Source: an uncultured Candidatus Saccharibacteria bacterium (GTDB lineage Bacteria; Patescibacteriota; Minisyncoccia; Phycocordibacterales; EsbW-18). From it: a stretch of 64,000 nt of DNA. Both the position numbers and the translations under genes were made by a program. Below, piece by piece: positions 18,614 through 30,289 of the stretch. The notes beneath the pieces are model-generated. The model was not told the DNA's origin and did no database searches. It saw only the letters and a program-made list of their open reading frames with translations. Numbering within the stretch: position 1 is the stretch's first letter; each line of letters starts with the position of its first letter. The stretch covers positions 50,379 through 114,378 of the forward strand of contig CAZFMQ010000002.1 of the NCBI GenBank assembly GCA_964520295.1, in the 5' to 3' direction.

Positions 18614-19449
18614 TTTTCTGCCAATTTCCATCGATATATTTCCAGTGAGTTTTTGCCTTCAAACATATCCGACGGATTGGGCAAAAATACTTTGCGAGTA
18701 CGAATATCCTCCGTAGCATCCGCAAGCAGGCGATGAAAGAGTGCAAACTCCGCCTCGTGCTTGCGAAAATCAATCACATGCCGACGCACTTGTGCTTTGC
18801 CATCACGATTTTTGCGCTTCCGACACTCATACACTATAAAACGACGCACGGGGCGCTTGAAATCAGAAAGCACGGTGTAGTAGTTGAAAAGCGCCTGCAC
18901 CATAAAAAGCGGGTTATCGATCTCTACACTACCGAACGAATCCACAAACTTGTGATCAATAATATCAACAGCTTTACTATCTATCCTTGACTGCACCACC
19001 AAATCCGAAACCGCTTTGACGGGAATGGCGATACCAGGGATATGTGCGTATGTTTTATGCTCAATAGCAAGCACTTTGTGCTTTGGTGGTTTTTCTAGAT
19101 AAAAACCGATTGCCTGCGTATATTCGCGCGCCATCTGTGCACGACGTTCTTTTTTCCCGCGCACTGATTTCGTTTTGCCAAAATTAATTTCAAAATCAGG
19201 CACTGATCTGAGGTACTCCAATCCTAGTGCCACTGCAGCATCCTTTGGCAGCCCGCCGTAGTAGTGTTCCAACGCTTTGTGTGCCGCGCGCCCAATCACC
19301 GATGCAGGGTTACTCGGTACATCGTACACATGCTCCACATAACGCTTGTGCCATGCCAATGGATTGCGCAAATAGGCAACTAAAGAAGAATAACTCCAGT
19401 ACTCAATCGGATATTTCCTGCGACTCATGCATACAGTATACCAGCCCAA
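18610..19449 (-). CDS. PD-(D/E)XK nuclease, RecB/Cas4-like family, lacking Fe-S cysteines
   Basis: An N-terminal SYSSLVAYLRNPLAWHKRYV (Cas4/RecB N-motif), IDSKAVDIIDHK (D...D-x-K) and a QALFNYY (QxxxY) motif. Confidence 0.55.
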   Translation of the reverse strand: MGWYTVCMSRRKYPIEYWSYSSLVAYLRNPLAWHKRYVEHVYDVPSNPASVIGRAAHKALEHYYGGLPKDAAVALGLEYLRSVPDFEINFGKTKSVRGKKERRAQMAREYTQAIGFYLEKPPKHKVLAIEHKTYAHIPGIAIPVKAVSDLVVQSRIDSKAVDIIDHKFVDSFGSVEIDNPLFMVQALFNYYTVLSDFKRPVRRFIVYECRKRKNRDGKAQVRRHVIDFRKHEAEFALFHRLLADATEDIRTRKVFLPNPSDMFEGKNSLEIYRWKLAEK

Positions 19450-19458
19450 AAACTATAC

Positions 19459-20721
19459 CTAATAATTTTTGAGTTGTTGGGCTTTCTGATGATGACGGAT
19501 TTTTTCGTGCGCTTTTGCTTCAATCTGACGAATACGTTCACGCGTCACACCGAACTCCTTCCCTACTTCTTCAAGCGTGTGAGCAACACCATCGGCAAGT
19601 CCATTGCGCAATTCTAAAATCTTACGTTCCTTTGGAGACAGTTCATTGAGCACTTCACGAATGTGCTCTGCCAAAATACGTTGTGATGCTTCTTTATCAG
19701 GTGATGGCATCTGATCATCGGCAACAAAGTCACCAAGCGTTGAACCTTTCTCATCATCATCACCAACGGGTAATTCTAATGAAACCGTGTTTTGGTTGAT
19801 TTGCTGAATGTGGTGAATCTTCTCTACGTCCATATCCATTTCCACTGCAATCTCTTCTGGCAGCGGTTCACGCCCCAAATCTTGCGCCAAACGGCGCACG
19901 ATGCGTTTGTATTTTGCAATCGTCTCCACCATGTGCACAGGAATACGAATGGTGCGTGATTGATCGGCAATGGCACGCGTTACTGCCTGGCGAATCCACC
20001 ATGTCGCATACGTTGAAAACTTAAAACCTTTTGACCAATCAAACTTCTCCACTGCTTTGAAGAGACCAATGTTTCCCTCTTGAATGAGGTCTAGGAGTGT
20101 GAGATTAGAACTGCGATTAGCATACTTCTTTGCAATAGACACCACAAGACGCAAGTTGGCACGCGCAAGAATATTTTTTGCCTCTTCATCACCCTGCTCA
20201 ATGCGCTTTGCCAAATCACGCTCTTGTGCCGCTGAAATGAGATCGTACTTACCGATTTCACGCAGGTACATCTGAATAGAATCAAAACGGGCATCCTCTT
20301 TGTGATACACATTTTTTTCATCCTCTCCACCACCCAAATCAAGCAGACCACCACCTTCAATCACATCCACACCCTCGCTCTCAAGACGGTCATACACCTC
20401 TTCAAGTAACAACACGTTATCCTCAATTGTTGGCAACTCTTTGAGAATTTCATCATACGTCACAAAACCACGCTCTTTACCGCGCGCGTACAGTTTTTCT
20501 GCTTTTTCGCGCATCGCTACATCGCGCTTAGACAGCTTCTTTGGTGCCGGCTCTTTCACCTTGACCACCTTTTTTGCTTTTACCTTTACCTTTGGTTTTG
20601 ATTTTGCTTTCGGTTTTGCTGTCTTTTTTACTTTTGTCTTTTTAACTACACGCGATGGTTTACGTGCAGGTTTCTTGGTGCTTTTCTTTGTTGTTTTTTT
20701 TGAGCGTGCTGTTTTTTTCAT
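19459..20721 (-). CDS. rpoD: RNA polymerase sigma-70 factor with Lys-rich N-terminal extension
   Basis: Regions 1.2-4 are conserved ([47 protein letters not shown]). The first roughly 65 residues are about 45% Lys. Confidence 0.85.
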   Translation of the reverse strand: MKKTARSKKTTKKSTKKPARKPSRVVKKTKVKKTAKPKAKSKPKVKVKAKKVVKVKEPAPKKLSKRDVAMREKAEKLYARGKERGFVTYDEILKELPTIEDNVLLLEEVYDRLESEGVDVIEGGGLLDLGGGEDEKNVYHKEDARFDSIQMYLREIGKYDLISAAQERDLAKRIEQGDEEAKNILARANLRLVVSIAKKYANRSSNLTLLDLIQEGNIGLFKAVEKFDWSKGFKFSTYATWWIRQAVTRAIADQSRTIRIPVHMVETIAKYKRIVRRLAQDLGREPLPEEIAVEMDMDVEKIHHIQQINQNTVSLELPVGDDDEKGSTLGDFVADDQMPSPDKEASQRILAEHIREVLNELSPKERKILELRNGLADGVAHTLEEVGKEFGVTRERIRQIEAKAHEKIRHHQKAQQLKNY

Positions 20722-20742
20722 AAAATGGGTGTGATTTTTTTA

Positions 20743-22458
20743 TTAATGTGTTAAACGTTGTGTTCGTAAGGCTGTTAATTCATGCGATATCGTCTTACAC
20801 AGGGCTAAAAACTCGGCAACCTTCTGTTCATCATGCGCTTCCTCTGCCTGCACCAACTGGGTACGTGCATCTGCATAGCGCTCTTTGAGCACTGCTTCGT
20901 GCAGAGAATGCACCATATCCTGCAAGTGCACTGCTGATTCGCCGTACTCACCAAGTGCTTGTTCAAATGTAAAGACATCGCGTTCCGATACTGCCTCATT
21001 TTGTGTCGGGTCATAACCCAGCAGTGTCGTTACGGTCTGTTGCGCATCACGCGCTTCCTGTGTATCTGGCTGTGACTGTATGCAGGCAACAATTTGCCTA
21101 ATCAGGCGTGTTGTACGATCAACAATTTCTTTCTGCTCTTCAGTACTCGGTGCCTCAATAGGCGTTTCTGTAAATGCCACCTGCACTGCTTCCTCTGCAA
21201 TAACGGTTTCGTCAACCCCAACACTGCGAGCAATAAGCGAAATGAAGTGTTGACGGTCAATTTTGTTCTCAATGAGAGACAAAAACGGCAGTACATCGCT
21301 ACGCACATGCTTCTTGAATACGCGTGGATCGTCATATCGTTGTTTGCACAGTGCAAGGACCCACTCCACGACATGCTGCGCCTCACGCACCGCGCGCTTC
21401 CACACTTCTGCATCTTCTTGCAACACATCTGCAGGGTCTTTACCTGCAGGCAATGTCGCAATTTTTACATCCATACCTGACGCAAGTGCAATGCGCGCAC
21501 TCTTGAGAGCCGACGCAATACCCGCATCATCAGCATCCAATGCAATGACAATGTTGTGTGACAAACGATTGAGACGTGTGATGTGATCGGCAGTAAGTGC
21601 TGTGCCTTGCACTGCAACGGCGTTGGTAAATCCTGCTTGATGCACCGCCAACAAATCCATGGGTCCTTCCACAAGAATAGAGAAATCATACTTGCGAATC
21701 CCTATCTTTGCTTTGTCCAAACCGAGCAACACCGTTCCTTTTTTGAATAAAGGCGTTTCTGGTGAGTTTATGTACTTCGGCGCGTCATTTGTTACAGCAC
21801 CAAAACTGCGCCCCGCAAATGCAATGACACGTCCTGATGTATCCAGAATAGGAATGATGATGCGTGAACGGAATGCGTCATAGTACCCAACACCTTTTGA
21901 TGGATCGGCCGTTTTTTTGATGAGCCCCGCACGTTCAATTTCTTGCACGGTGAATTTTTTGCCAATCAAGTAGTCGTGCAGTGCACGCCACCCCGCTTTT
22001 TCAGGTGCATCAATAAATCCCAAACGGAACAGATGCGCCGTTTTTTCTTGAATGCCCCGCCCAGCGAGATACTGGTGCACATCTAAACGCCCTTCCATCT
22101 GTTTTTCAAAGAACTGTGCCGCCATTTCAAGCAGCGTGTAGAGGCGCGCATACACTTCGGTATCCGTATGACGCATGTCCTCCAAAGGTACACCTGCGCG
22201 CTCTGCCAACACTTTCAACGCACCCGGAAAATCTAAACCTTCAAACTGCTCTACGAACGTAAAGATATCTCCTTTTGCGCCACACCCAAAACAGTAGTAC
22301 CCCTCGCGCTCAGGCGAGATAAAAAATGATGCGGTCTTCTCATTGTGGAACGGACATCGTGCTTTGAAGTTTTTTCCTGCTCGCTCAAGCTTGATGTACG
22401 ATGACAAGACGTCGGCAATGGGAAGCCTTTCTTTTATACGATCTGTTGTGTGTGACAT
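20743..22458 (-). CDS. dnaG: DNA primase
   Basis: A CHC2 zinc finger (CPFHNEKTASFFISPEREGYYCFGCGAKGD) and a Toprim domain (EGPMDLL...ALDADDAG). The start is set at the internal ATG (MSHTTDR) to avoid overlap with rpoC. The track ORF starts at a TTG at 22494. Confidence 0.8.
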   Translation of the reverse strand: MSHTTDRIKERLPIADVLSSYIKLERAGKNFKARCPFHNEKTASFFISPEREGYYCFGCGAKGDIFTFVEQFEGLDFPGALKVLAERAGVPLEDMRHTDTEVYARLYTLLEMAAQFFEKQMEGRLDVHQYLAGRGIQEKTAHLFRLGFIDAPEKAGWRALHDYLIGKKFTVQEIERAGLIKKTADPSKGVGYYDAFRSRIIIPILDTSGRVIAFAGRSFGAVTNDAPKYINSPETPLFKKGTVLLGLDKAKIGIRKYDFSILVEGPMDLLAVHQAGFTNAVAVQGTALTADHITRLNRLSHNIVIALDADDAGIASALKSARIALASGMDVKIATLPAGKDPADVLQEDAEVWKRAVREAQHVVEWVLALCKQRYDDPRVFKKHVRSDVLPFLSLIENKIDRQHFISLIARSVGVDETVIAEEAVQVAFTETPIEAPSTEEQKEIVDRTTRLIRQIVACIQSQPDTQEARDAQQTVTTLLGYDPTQNEAVSERDVFTFEQALGEYGESAVHLQDMVHSLHEAVLKERYADARTQLVQAEEAHDEQKVAEFLALCKTISHELTALRTQRLTH

Positions 22459-22486
22459 GCGATGCGTCTGTGGACGTCGCGTGCTC

Positions 22487-25400
22487 TTACTCAAACACTG
22501 ACTCGTCGTCCGCTTCTGTTTCTAGTTGCTGGTGCAACTCCTCAATCATTTCCCACTTAGGGCTGCCCGGAAGGCCGGTTCCCGCAGGAATCAAACGGCC
22601 AATAATGACATTTTCCTTTAGTCCTCGCAGATCGTCCTGCTTACCGCGGACAGCTGCATCAATAAGGACCTTGGTGGTGTGTTGGAATGACGCCGCGGAC
22701 AAGAATGACGCTCGTGAGAGTGCGACGTTGGCAATACCGAGGACCAGCGGAATAACCTTTGCTTCTTTCTTGCCCTCTACTTTTGCCTTATCATTTGCTT
22801 CGCGCGCTTCAAACATTTCAATCGTTGCGCCACGGTGCAATTCAGTTTCTCCTGGATCTTTTACTTGTACACGAGAAAACATCTGCTTGATAATAACTTC
22901 AATGTGCTTGCGTGCGACTGATGCACCCTGCAATTCGTAAATCTTGCTGATTTCATCAATGATGTATTCCTGTGTCTGCTCACGTCCTGCAAACTTGAAG
23001 AGCTCTGATGGATCTGCTGAACCATCGGTCAAAATCTGACCCTTCTCTACATGGTCGCCTACTTTTACTAATGGCACACGGCGATATGCGGCAGTAAAGG
23101 TTACTGCAGTACCACTGCTCTTGCGATCTTCAGTGTCTGGAAGCACACGAATAATTTTTTCTTGGTTTTGTTCAAGGATTTCTGAAACGACACCCGACAC
23201 TTCAGAGATAATTGCTGGGTTTTTCGGTGGGCGGCGCTCAAATACTTCCTGCACACGTGGCAAACCAGACACAATGTCACCGGCAACTGCTGCAGTACCT
23301 CCCGCGTGGAATGTACGCATGGTCAACTGTGTTGCAGGTTCACCGATAGATTGCGCGGCAACAGTACCAACTGATTCTCCGATGGTAACGACAGTGCCTG
23401 TGGCAAGATCCTGCCCGTAACACTTCTGACAAATACCACGCCCTGTCTCACAGGTCATTGGAGAGCGCACCCATACTTCGGGTACACCCGCATCTTCAAT
23501 CTCTCGTGCAAGTGCTTCAGTAACGAACTCACCCTTCTTAAAGAGTACTGTGTCAGATCCATCCTTAATATCCTTTGCGATAAAGCGACCGACGATATTT
23601 TTATAGAGAGGCACATCAATACCTGCAAGATTTTGTGCGGTCATGCGCACGCTTTCTTTGGTACCACAGTCCTCTTCCGTAATCACCACGTCCTGCGCCA
23701 CATCAAAGAGCTTACGCGTCAGATATCCCGATTGCGCCGTGTTCAACGCGGTGTCTCCAAGACCCTTACGAGCACCATTAGTGGTAATGAAGTATTCAAT
23801 TGGTGACAAACCTTCTGCACTTGATGAGAGAATTGGGAAGTCGATGGTACGTCCTTGTGAACCTGCAATAAGACCCTTCAATCCCGCCATGTTGGTAATC
23901 TGACCGATGTTACCTCGGGCACCTGACTTCCACATCGTGTACACATGGCCATTTTCGTCCAAAGAATCACCGAGTACCTTTTCCATCTTGCTACGCACAC
24001 CGTGCCAAATTTCAATATCTTTACGGAATCGCTCTTCATCCGAGAGCAAACCTTCTTCATACTGCTGGCGGTTTTGTTCAACGGTCTTCTGTGCTTCTTC
24101 CACAATTTCAGATTTTCCTGCAGGTACTGGCACATCTTGCAATGCAAACGTAGTTCCTGATGTCGTTGCAAATGTAAATCCGAAGTTTTTAATTTTGTCC
24201 AAAATTTCTACGATGCGCTCTTTTGGATATTTTTCAATCAACGTGTGCACCAAATCTGCCATCTCCTTCTTGGTAATATCCTTGTTGATGAATGGGTAAT
24301 CGTCGGGCAGTGCAATGTTGAACAGCAAACGCCCTACAGATGTCTCAAATGGCTTACCATCAAAGATACGGTAGCGTTCGCTATCTGTTGGGTACACGGT
24401 AATTTTTGCACGTGGAGACAGCACACGAAAATCGTATGCAAGAATTGCCTCATTCGGTGATGCGAATGCGCGACCCTCTCCCTGTTCACCAGGAATAATA
24501 CGTGTAATCCAGTAGCTACCAAGCACAATGTCTTGGTGACCAAGAGAAACAATCGGTGAACCTGAACCTGGCTTCAAAATGTTTTTACCTGAAGACATGA
24601 TTTCACGCGCCTCAAGCTGCGCTTCTTCAGAGAGTGGTACGTGTACTGCCATTTGGTCACCGTCGAAGTCGGCGTTGTATGCTTGCACCACAAGTGGGTG
24701 AATCTGAATTGCCTGTCCTTCAATAAGAATTGGTTTGAATGCTTGAATACCGAGACGGTGCAAGGTTGGTGCGCGGTTAAGCAACACGTACTTGCCTGCA
24801 ATCACCTCTTCAAGAATTCCCCACACTTCTGGACCCATATCGTCGACGAGACGCCCTGCGCCACGAATGTTGTAGGCATAACCACGTGCAATCAATTTTG
24901 AAATAACAAAAGGACGGAAAAGTTCAAGTGCCATGTGCTTTGGCAACCCACACTCATCAAGTTTAAGAGTAGGACCAACCACAATCACTGAACGACCTGA
25001 GTAGTCCACACGCTTACCGAGCAAGTTCTGACGGAAAATACCTTGCTTACCTTTCAAGTTATCCGACAATGACTTGAGCGGACGACGCTGAGCTTGTGAT
25101 ACCGCAGCACCACCTGATGGGTGACGCATTGAGTTATCCACGAGCGCGTCAACTGCTTCTTGTAAAATACGCTTTTCGTTACGCAAAATAACGTTTGGCG
25201 CTTTAATTTCAATCAATTTCTTGAGACGGTTGTTGCGGTTGATTACGCGACGATACAAATCGTTAAGATCAGATGTTGCATGACGTCCACCATCAAGTGC
25301 AACCATCGGACGAAGCGCTGCTGGAATAACCGGAATATTTGAAAGCATCATCCATTCAGGACGAATCTTTGATTTCATCATCGCACGCACCAACGCCAAT

Positions 25401-26167
25401 CGCTTACGCAACTTTTTGCGCTCTTCTGCACCTGCATCATCAACGCGTGCTTCAATTGTCTTTGCAACATCTGCAAGATCAATTTCTTTGAGCAAGTCGT
25501 GAATGGTCTCTGCACCAATACCTGCGTCAAAAATCGCACCATACTTCATCATGAATTTTGCGTATGCTGCTTCATCAAGTACAAGATGCTTCTGAATGCT
25601 GCTGATTTCACGCTTTGTCGTCAAAAATACTTCTTTGAGTTTCTCGCGTGACTTCTCATCCTTGAGTGTCTTTGCTTTTGATTTGTATTCGGTGTCCAAT
25701 TCTTTGAGCAATTTTTCGCGCTCATCTTCGTATACCTTCGTTACGATATAGCCGGCAAAGTAAATCACCTTTTCCAAATCTTGTGCGGTAATACCAAGTA
25801 CGAGACCAATGCGTGATGGCACGTTACGCACAAACCAAATGTGCGCCACTGGTACCGCCAAGCTAATGTGTCCCATGCGCTCACGACGCACGATTGAACG
25901 TGTGATTTCAACACCACACTTTTCACAGGTGATGCCTTTGTAGCGAATGCCTTTGTATTTTCCACAGTAACATTCAAAGTCGCGCTCTGGACCAAAGATG
26001 CGTTCGTCAAACAAACCATTCTTTTCACTGCGCTGTGTGCGGTAGTTGATTGTTTCTGGTTTGGTAACCTCACCGTGTGACCACTCGGCGATTTTGTCGG
26101 GGCTCGCAACCTTGATTGAAACGGTTGAGAATGTCTCCATGATGTCTTCTCGTGTGTTTTTTCGCAT
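22487..26167 (-). CDS. rpoC: DNA-directed RNA polymerase subunit beta'
   Basis: The zinc-binding [20 protein letters not shown] motif, the NADFDGDQM catalytic motif and a 1226 aa length. Confidence 0.9.
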   Translation of the reverse strand: MRKNTREDIMETFSTVSIKVASPDKIAEWSHGEVTKPETINYRTQRSEKNGLFDERIFGPERDFECYCGKYKGIRYKGITCEKCGVEITRSIVRRERMGHISLAVPVAHIWFVRNVPSRIGLVLGITAQDLEKVIYFAGYIVTKVYEDEREKLLKELDTEYKSKAKTLKDEKSREKLKEVFLTTKREISSIQKHLVLDEAAYAKFMMKYGAIFDAGIGAETIHDLLKEIDLADVAKTIEARVDDAGAEERKKLRKRLALVRAMMKSKIRPEWMMLSNIPVIPAALRPMVALDGGRHATSDLNDLYRRVINRNNRLKKLIEIKAPNVILRNEKRILQEAVDALVDNSMRHPSGGAAVSQAQRRPLKSLSDNLKGKQGIFRQNLLGKRVDYSGRSVIVVGPTLKLDECGLPKHMALELFRPFVISKLIARGYAYNIRGAGRLVDDMGPEVWGILEEVIAGKYVLLNRAPTLHRLGIQAFKPILIEGQAIQIHPLVVQAYNADFDGDQMAVHVPLSEEAQLEAREIMSSGKNILKPGSGSPIVSLGHQDIVLGSYWITRIIPGEQGEGRAFASPNEAILAYDFRVLSPRAKITVYPTDSERYRIFDGKPFETSVGRLLFNIALPDDYPFINKDITKKEMADLVHTLIEKYPKERIVEILDKIKNFGFTFATTSGTTFALQDVPVPAGKSEIVEEAQKTVEQNRQQYEEGLLSDEERFRKDIEIWHGVRSKMEKVLGDSLDENGHVYTMWKSGARGNIGQITNMAGLKGLIAGSQGRTIDFPILSSSAEGLSPIEYFITTNGARKGLGDTALNTAQSGYLTRKLFDVAQDVVITEEDCGTKESVRMTAQNLAGIDVPLYKNIVGRFIAKDIKDGSDTVLFKKGEFVTEALAREIEDAGVPEVWVRSPMTCETGRGICQKCYGQDLATGTVVTIGESVGTVAAQSIGEPATQLTMRTFHAGGTAAVAGDIVSGLPRVQEVFERRPPKNPAIISEVSGVVSEILEQNQEKIIRVLPDTEDRKSSGTAVTFTAAYRRVPLVKVGDHVEKGQILTDGSADPSELFKFAGREQTQEYIIDEISKIYELQGASVARKHIEVIIKQMFSRVQVKDPGETELHRGATIEMFEAREANDKAKVEGKKEAKVIPLVLGIANVALSRASFLSAASFQHTTKVLIDAAVRGKQDDLRGLKENVIIGRLIPAGTGLPGSPKWEMIEELHQQLETEADDESVFE

Positions 26168-26178
26168 AGTGGTGAGTA

Positions 26179-29100
26179 TTAACGGTTGTCAGATTCTTCG
26201 TGTAATGAGACGTCCAGTGCCAAACCACGCAAGTAGTGCAAGAGCACCGAGAATGACGCTGGTGTGTTTGATTTTGGAATGCGAGCGCCACGGACGACTG
26301 CATCGAACGCTGCTGAACGGCCAAGAATATCGTCTGATTTAATCGTGAGCATTTCACGCAATGTGTATGCCGCACCATAACCCAAGAGCGCCCACACTTC
26401 CATTTCTCCAAAACGCTGACCTCCTCCTTGTGCACGACCACCAAGTGGTTGCTGTGTGATGAGTGAGTATGGACCAATAGAACGCATGTGGAGCTTGTCT
26501 TCCACCATGTGCTCGAGCTTCAAGATGTACATGTAGCCGACCGCAATATCGTTTTCAAATGCCTCTCCGTTACGTCCGTCATACAATTTGACCTTACCCG
26601 TTTCAGAAAATCCTGCGGCAGTAAGCTCTGAACGAATTTCCTCCTGTGTTGCACCCGCAAATGCTGGTACCACCGCTTGATAGCCGAGTGTCTTTGCCGC
26701 AAGACCGAGGTGCAATTCAAGAATCTGTCCGAGGTTCATACGAGATGGCACACCCAATGGTGTGAGCACTACGTCTACCGGCGTACCGTCTTCCATGCGT
26801 GGCATGTCTTCAAGAGGCACCACACGTGAGATAACACCCTTGTTACCGTAACGTCCTGCAACCTTGTCACCGACCGTAATGTTGCGAAGCTGCGCCACTT
26901 CAATGTAAATCTTTTTGATGATGCCCGACTCCATTTGATCACCCTTCTCGCGTGAAAATACTTTCACACCGATAACGCGACCGCGCTTACCGCCTTCCAT
27001 GCGCAATGATGTGTCTTTTACATCACGAGCTTTGTCACCAAAGATTGAGCGCAAGAGACGCTCTTCCGGGGTCAATTGTGACTCACCTTTTGGTGTAATT
27101 TTACCGACGAGAATGTCGCCTGGCTGAATTTCAGATCCAATACGAATGATACCTTCTTCGTCCAAATTGCGGAGTTTGTTTTCTCCCATGTTTGGAATGT
27201 CGTTTGTTGTTACTTCTGGTCCAAGTTTCGTATCACGCACGTTCACAGAAAACTCTTCAATGTGCACCGATGTAAGCACTGATTCGCGCACCAAACGTTC
27301 TGAAATGACAACGGCGTCTTCAAAGTTGTTACCTGACCATGGCATGTATGCCACAAGCAAGTTTTGTCCGAGCGCAATCTGTCCATTGTCTGATGTAGAC
27401 GTGTCTGCAAGCAATTCGCCACGCTTCACGTGCTGACCAAGTGATACTGCGGGACGCTGGTGGAATGAAGTGAAACCGTTGGTACGTGAAAAGTTGATGA
27501 GTGGATACTCATCGTTCTTACCTTTGCTATTTTTCACTACAATCTTACGAGCATCTACATAGGTAACTTCACCCGCTTCACGTGCGTATACCAAACGTCC
27601 TGAGTCGCGAGCTGCACGTTCCTCAATACCCGTTGCCACCAGTGGTGCTGATGGACGCACCGTTGGAACCGCCTGCTTCTGCATGTTTGAACCCATGAGC
27701 GCACGGTTTGCTTCGTTGTGGTTAAGAAACGGAATAAGTGATGTGGCGATTGAGTATGCCTGATTTGTAGAAACGTCAATATATTGTACGTCTGTAGGAG
27801 CAACAAATTGCGGGCGACCGTTCACACGAATCTCTACGCGCGGTGCAGTAATGCGACCTTTTTCATCGCGTGGCGTTGCGGCGTGTCCAATTTTGTAATT
27901 CTGCTCATCCTGTGCGTTGAAGTAAGAGATCTCACCGGTGATGACACCCTTTTCTACTTTCACGTACGGAGTTTCAATAATACCGAAATCATTGACACGA
28001 GCGTACGTCGCCAAGTGCAGAATGAGACCAATATTCGGACCTTCAGGTGTGTGCACAGGACACAGACGACCGTAGTGAGAGTTGTGCACGTCACGCACTT
28101 CAAAGCCCGCGCGCTCACGCGTCAAACCACCTGGACCAAGTGCAGACAAAATGCGGAGGTGCTCCATTTCAGCAAGAATATTTTCCTGTTGCATGAACTG
28201 TGAAAGCTGGTTCGTGCTGTAAAATTCACGAATTTGTGCCTGAAGCGGACGTGGGTTCACGATGTGCATCGGAAGCGTCGTCTCTGCCTCAATAATAGAC
28301 ATGCGGTCTTGGATATTGCGCTTCATACGTGCAAAACCAACGCGCATTTTCTGTTGCAACATTTCTCCTACAAAACGCACGCGACGAGATGCGAGGTCAT
28401 CAACGTCATCTGGTTGTGCATCTGGTGTCTCGTTAAGATGCACAATGTGGTTGATGATGGTGACAAAATCATCCAACGAGAGTGTTCGTTCGCCCATCGC
28501 CTTCTTATCAATTGATTTGCCAAAACGCTGGTTGAAACGGAATCGACCAACCTCAGAAAGATCGTAACGCTCTATATCAAATATTGACTGCACAAAATCA
28601 CGTGCATTTTCTGCCGTTGCGTGTTCCCCATCGCGTAGTTTGCGATGGATTTCAATAAATGAGTCGCTGTCGGTCTGTGCAGTATCGTGCGCAAGTGTTT
28701 TTTCAATGTAGCTCAACGTATCTGGATGTCCCGCGAATAGTTTTTTAATTTCTTCATTTGAAGAAGCACCCAATACACGAAGCACGTGTGTTACTGGAAA
28801 CTTACGCTTGCGGTCAATACGCACCTGCAATGATTTGTTTGCTTCGGTTTCAATTTCAATCCATGCACCGCGTGACGGAATAATTTTTGCGCCAAAATAA
28901 TCCTTTCCGCGAATGTCTTGCGACGTAAAGAGTACACCAAATGAACGGATGAGTTGCGCCACAATAACACGCTCTACACCATTGATGATGAATGTACCGT
29001 GATCGGTCTGCACAGGAAAATCAGAAAGGAAAATCTCTTGCTCTTTTTCTGTGCCGAGGGTTTTGTTGATGAGCTTGGCGGTGATTTTGAGTTGTACTTC

Positions 29101-29340
29101 GTAACTCTGTTTGTTTTCTTTTGCAAAGTACTCGTTGTGTACTACCTCAGTAAATACAGGGTTAGAAAGATGTAGTTCAAACTTTTTTCCTGAGTAGTCA
29201 GCAATAGGAGAAAACTCCTTGAGGAGTTCCTTCACTCCTTTCTCCATAAGCCAACGGAATGAGGCCGTCTGGGCCTCAGTGAAATTTGGGAGTTCAGCGA
29301 GTGGTTTATTGTATCGAGAAAATACTTTCTGTTTGAGCAT
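26179..29340 (-). CDS. rpoB: DNA-directed RNA polymerase subunit beta
   Basis: Conserved beta-subunit blocks (GPGGLTRERAGFEVRDVH, NMQRQAVP, GQRFGEMEVWAL). The start is set at the ATG MLKQKV (the track begins at a TTG 12 nt upstream). Confidence 0.9.
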   Translation of the reverse strand: MLKQKVFSRYNKPLAELPNFTEAQTASFRWLMEKGVKELLKEFSPIADYSGKKFELHLSNPVFTEVVHNEYFAKENKQSYEVQLKITAKLINKTLGTEKEQEIFLSDFPVQTDHGTFIINGVERVIVAQLIRSFGVLFTSQDIRGKDYFGAKIIPSRGAWIEIETEANKSLQVRIDRKRKFPVTHVLRVLGASSNEEIKKLFAGHPDTLSYIEKTLAHDTAQTDSDSFIEIHRKLRDGEHATAENARDFVQSIFDIERYDLSEVGRFRFNQRFGKSIDKKAMGERTLSLDDFVTIINHIVHLNETPDAQPDDVDDLASRRVRFVGEMLQQKMRVGFARMKRNIQDRMSIIEAETTLPMHIVNPRPLQAQIREFYSTNQLSQFMQQENILAEMEHLRILSALGPGGLTRERAGFEVRDVHNSHYGRLCPVHTPEGPNIGLILHLATYARVNDFGIIETPYVKVEKGVITGEISYFNAQDEQNYKIGHAATPRDEKGRITAPRVEIRVNGRPQFVAPTDVQYIDVSTNQAYSIATSLIPFLNHNEANRALMGSNMQKQAVPTVRPSAPLVATGIEERAARDSGRLVYAREAGEVTYVDARKIVVKNSKGKNDEYPLINFSRTNGFTSFHQRPAVSLGQHVKRGELLADTSTSDNGQIALGQNLLVAYMPWSGNNFEDAVVISERLVRESVLTSVHIEEFSVNVRDTKLGPEVTTNDIPNMGENKLRNLDEEGIIRIGSEIQPGDILVGKITPKGESQLTPEERLLRSIFGDKARDVKDTSLRMEGGKRGRVIGVKVFSREKGDQMESGIIKKIYIEVAQLRNITVGDKVAGRYGNKGVISRVVPLEDMPRMEDGTPVDVVLTPLGVPSRMNLGQILELHLGLAAKTLGYQAVVPAFAGATQEEIRSELTAAGFSETGKVKLYDGRNGEAFENDIAVGYMYILKLEHMVEDKLHMRSIGPYSLITQQPLGGRAQGGGQRFGEMEVWALLGYGAAYTLREMLTIKSDDILGRSAAFDAVVRGARIPKSNTPASFSVLLHYLRGLALDVSLHEESDNR

Positions 29341-29579
29341 ATAGTGGCGCAAAATCTAAGCTATATAATGGTGTAAACCCACAAAGCGCGAGAATCCTGC
29401 CTTTTCTTCAAAAGCAAGCTCGCGGACTACATCATCTGCTAGGTATGGCTAGCAAAAAAACATTTTTATTACCGTGTAAAAACGAAAGTGCACTCAAAAC
29501 TCACTCTACCCCCGTTGAGAGCCCCACTGTACAGCAAAAAAGATTTGCAGTCAAGCGGTTTTTGTGGTCTGTGGATAAC

Positions 29580-30248
29580 TCAACTGTTCCTCGTATTTTT
29601 TCTCCATTTGTCAATCTCTGCGTGATTTCCTGATCTCAATACTGCCGGCACAGTGTACTTCTTCCCTTTCCATTGCAATACCTCTGGACGCGTATACACG
29701 TCACGAGCTGCAATTCTTTTTTCTTCAAGTGATTCGTGGGCGCCAAGTACCCCTGGTACTTGGCGCGCAACTGCATCAACAACAGTGATTGCGGGAATTT
29801 CTCCACCTGTGAGCACATACGGACCAACAGATACCTCTTCTGCACGCAATATTTTTTTTACACGCGCATCAATACCTTCATAGCGACCTGCAATAAGTAC
29901 GATGTGTTTATAATTCTTTGCAAGTTTTTGTGCGTACGCATTTGTAAACTGTGTGCCTTGCGGAGAAAACACAATGTATTTTGTTTTCGCGGTGCGTCTT
30001 TTTTTTGTCACTGATGCAACGGCCTGCAAAATCGGTTCTGCTTTCATGACCATACCCGGACCACCACCATACGGAATATCATCGGTCTTATGATGCTTAT
30101 CATCTGCAAAATCACGCGGATTTATACAATCAACACGCACAAGTCCCTTGTCTTGTGCACGTTTGAGTATAGACGTGTTGGTATACGCCCCAATCGCCTC
30201 CGGAAAAGTGGTAATGATACTAAAATGGAGCTGTGACCGTGTAGTCAT
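29580..30248 (-). CDS. trmD: tRNA (guanine37-N1)-methyltransferase
   Basis: DDIPYGGGPGMVM and the SPOUT-fold motifs. 222 aa. Confidence 0.85.
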   Translation of the reverse strand: MTTRSQLHFSIITTFPEAIGAYTNTSILKRAQDKGLVRVDCINPRDFADDKHHKTDDIPYGGGPGMVMKAEPILQAVASVTKKRRTAKTKYIVFSPQGTQFTNAYAQKLAKNYKHIVLIAGRYEGIDARVKKILRAEEVSVGPYVLTGGEIPAITVVDAVARQVPGVLGAHESLEEKRIAARDVYTRPEVLQWKGKKYTVPAVLRSGNHAEIDKWRKNTRNS

Positions 30249-30289
30249 AGCTCCATTTTACGCTGTTTCAGCTGTTTATGCGAATACAC

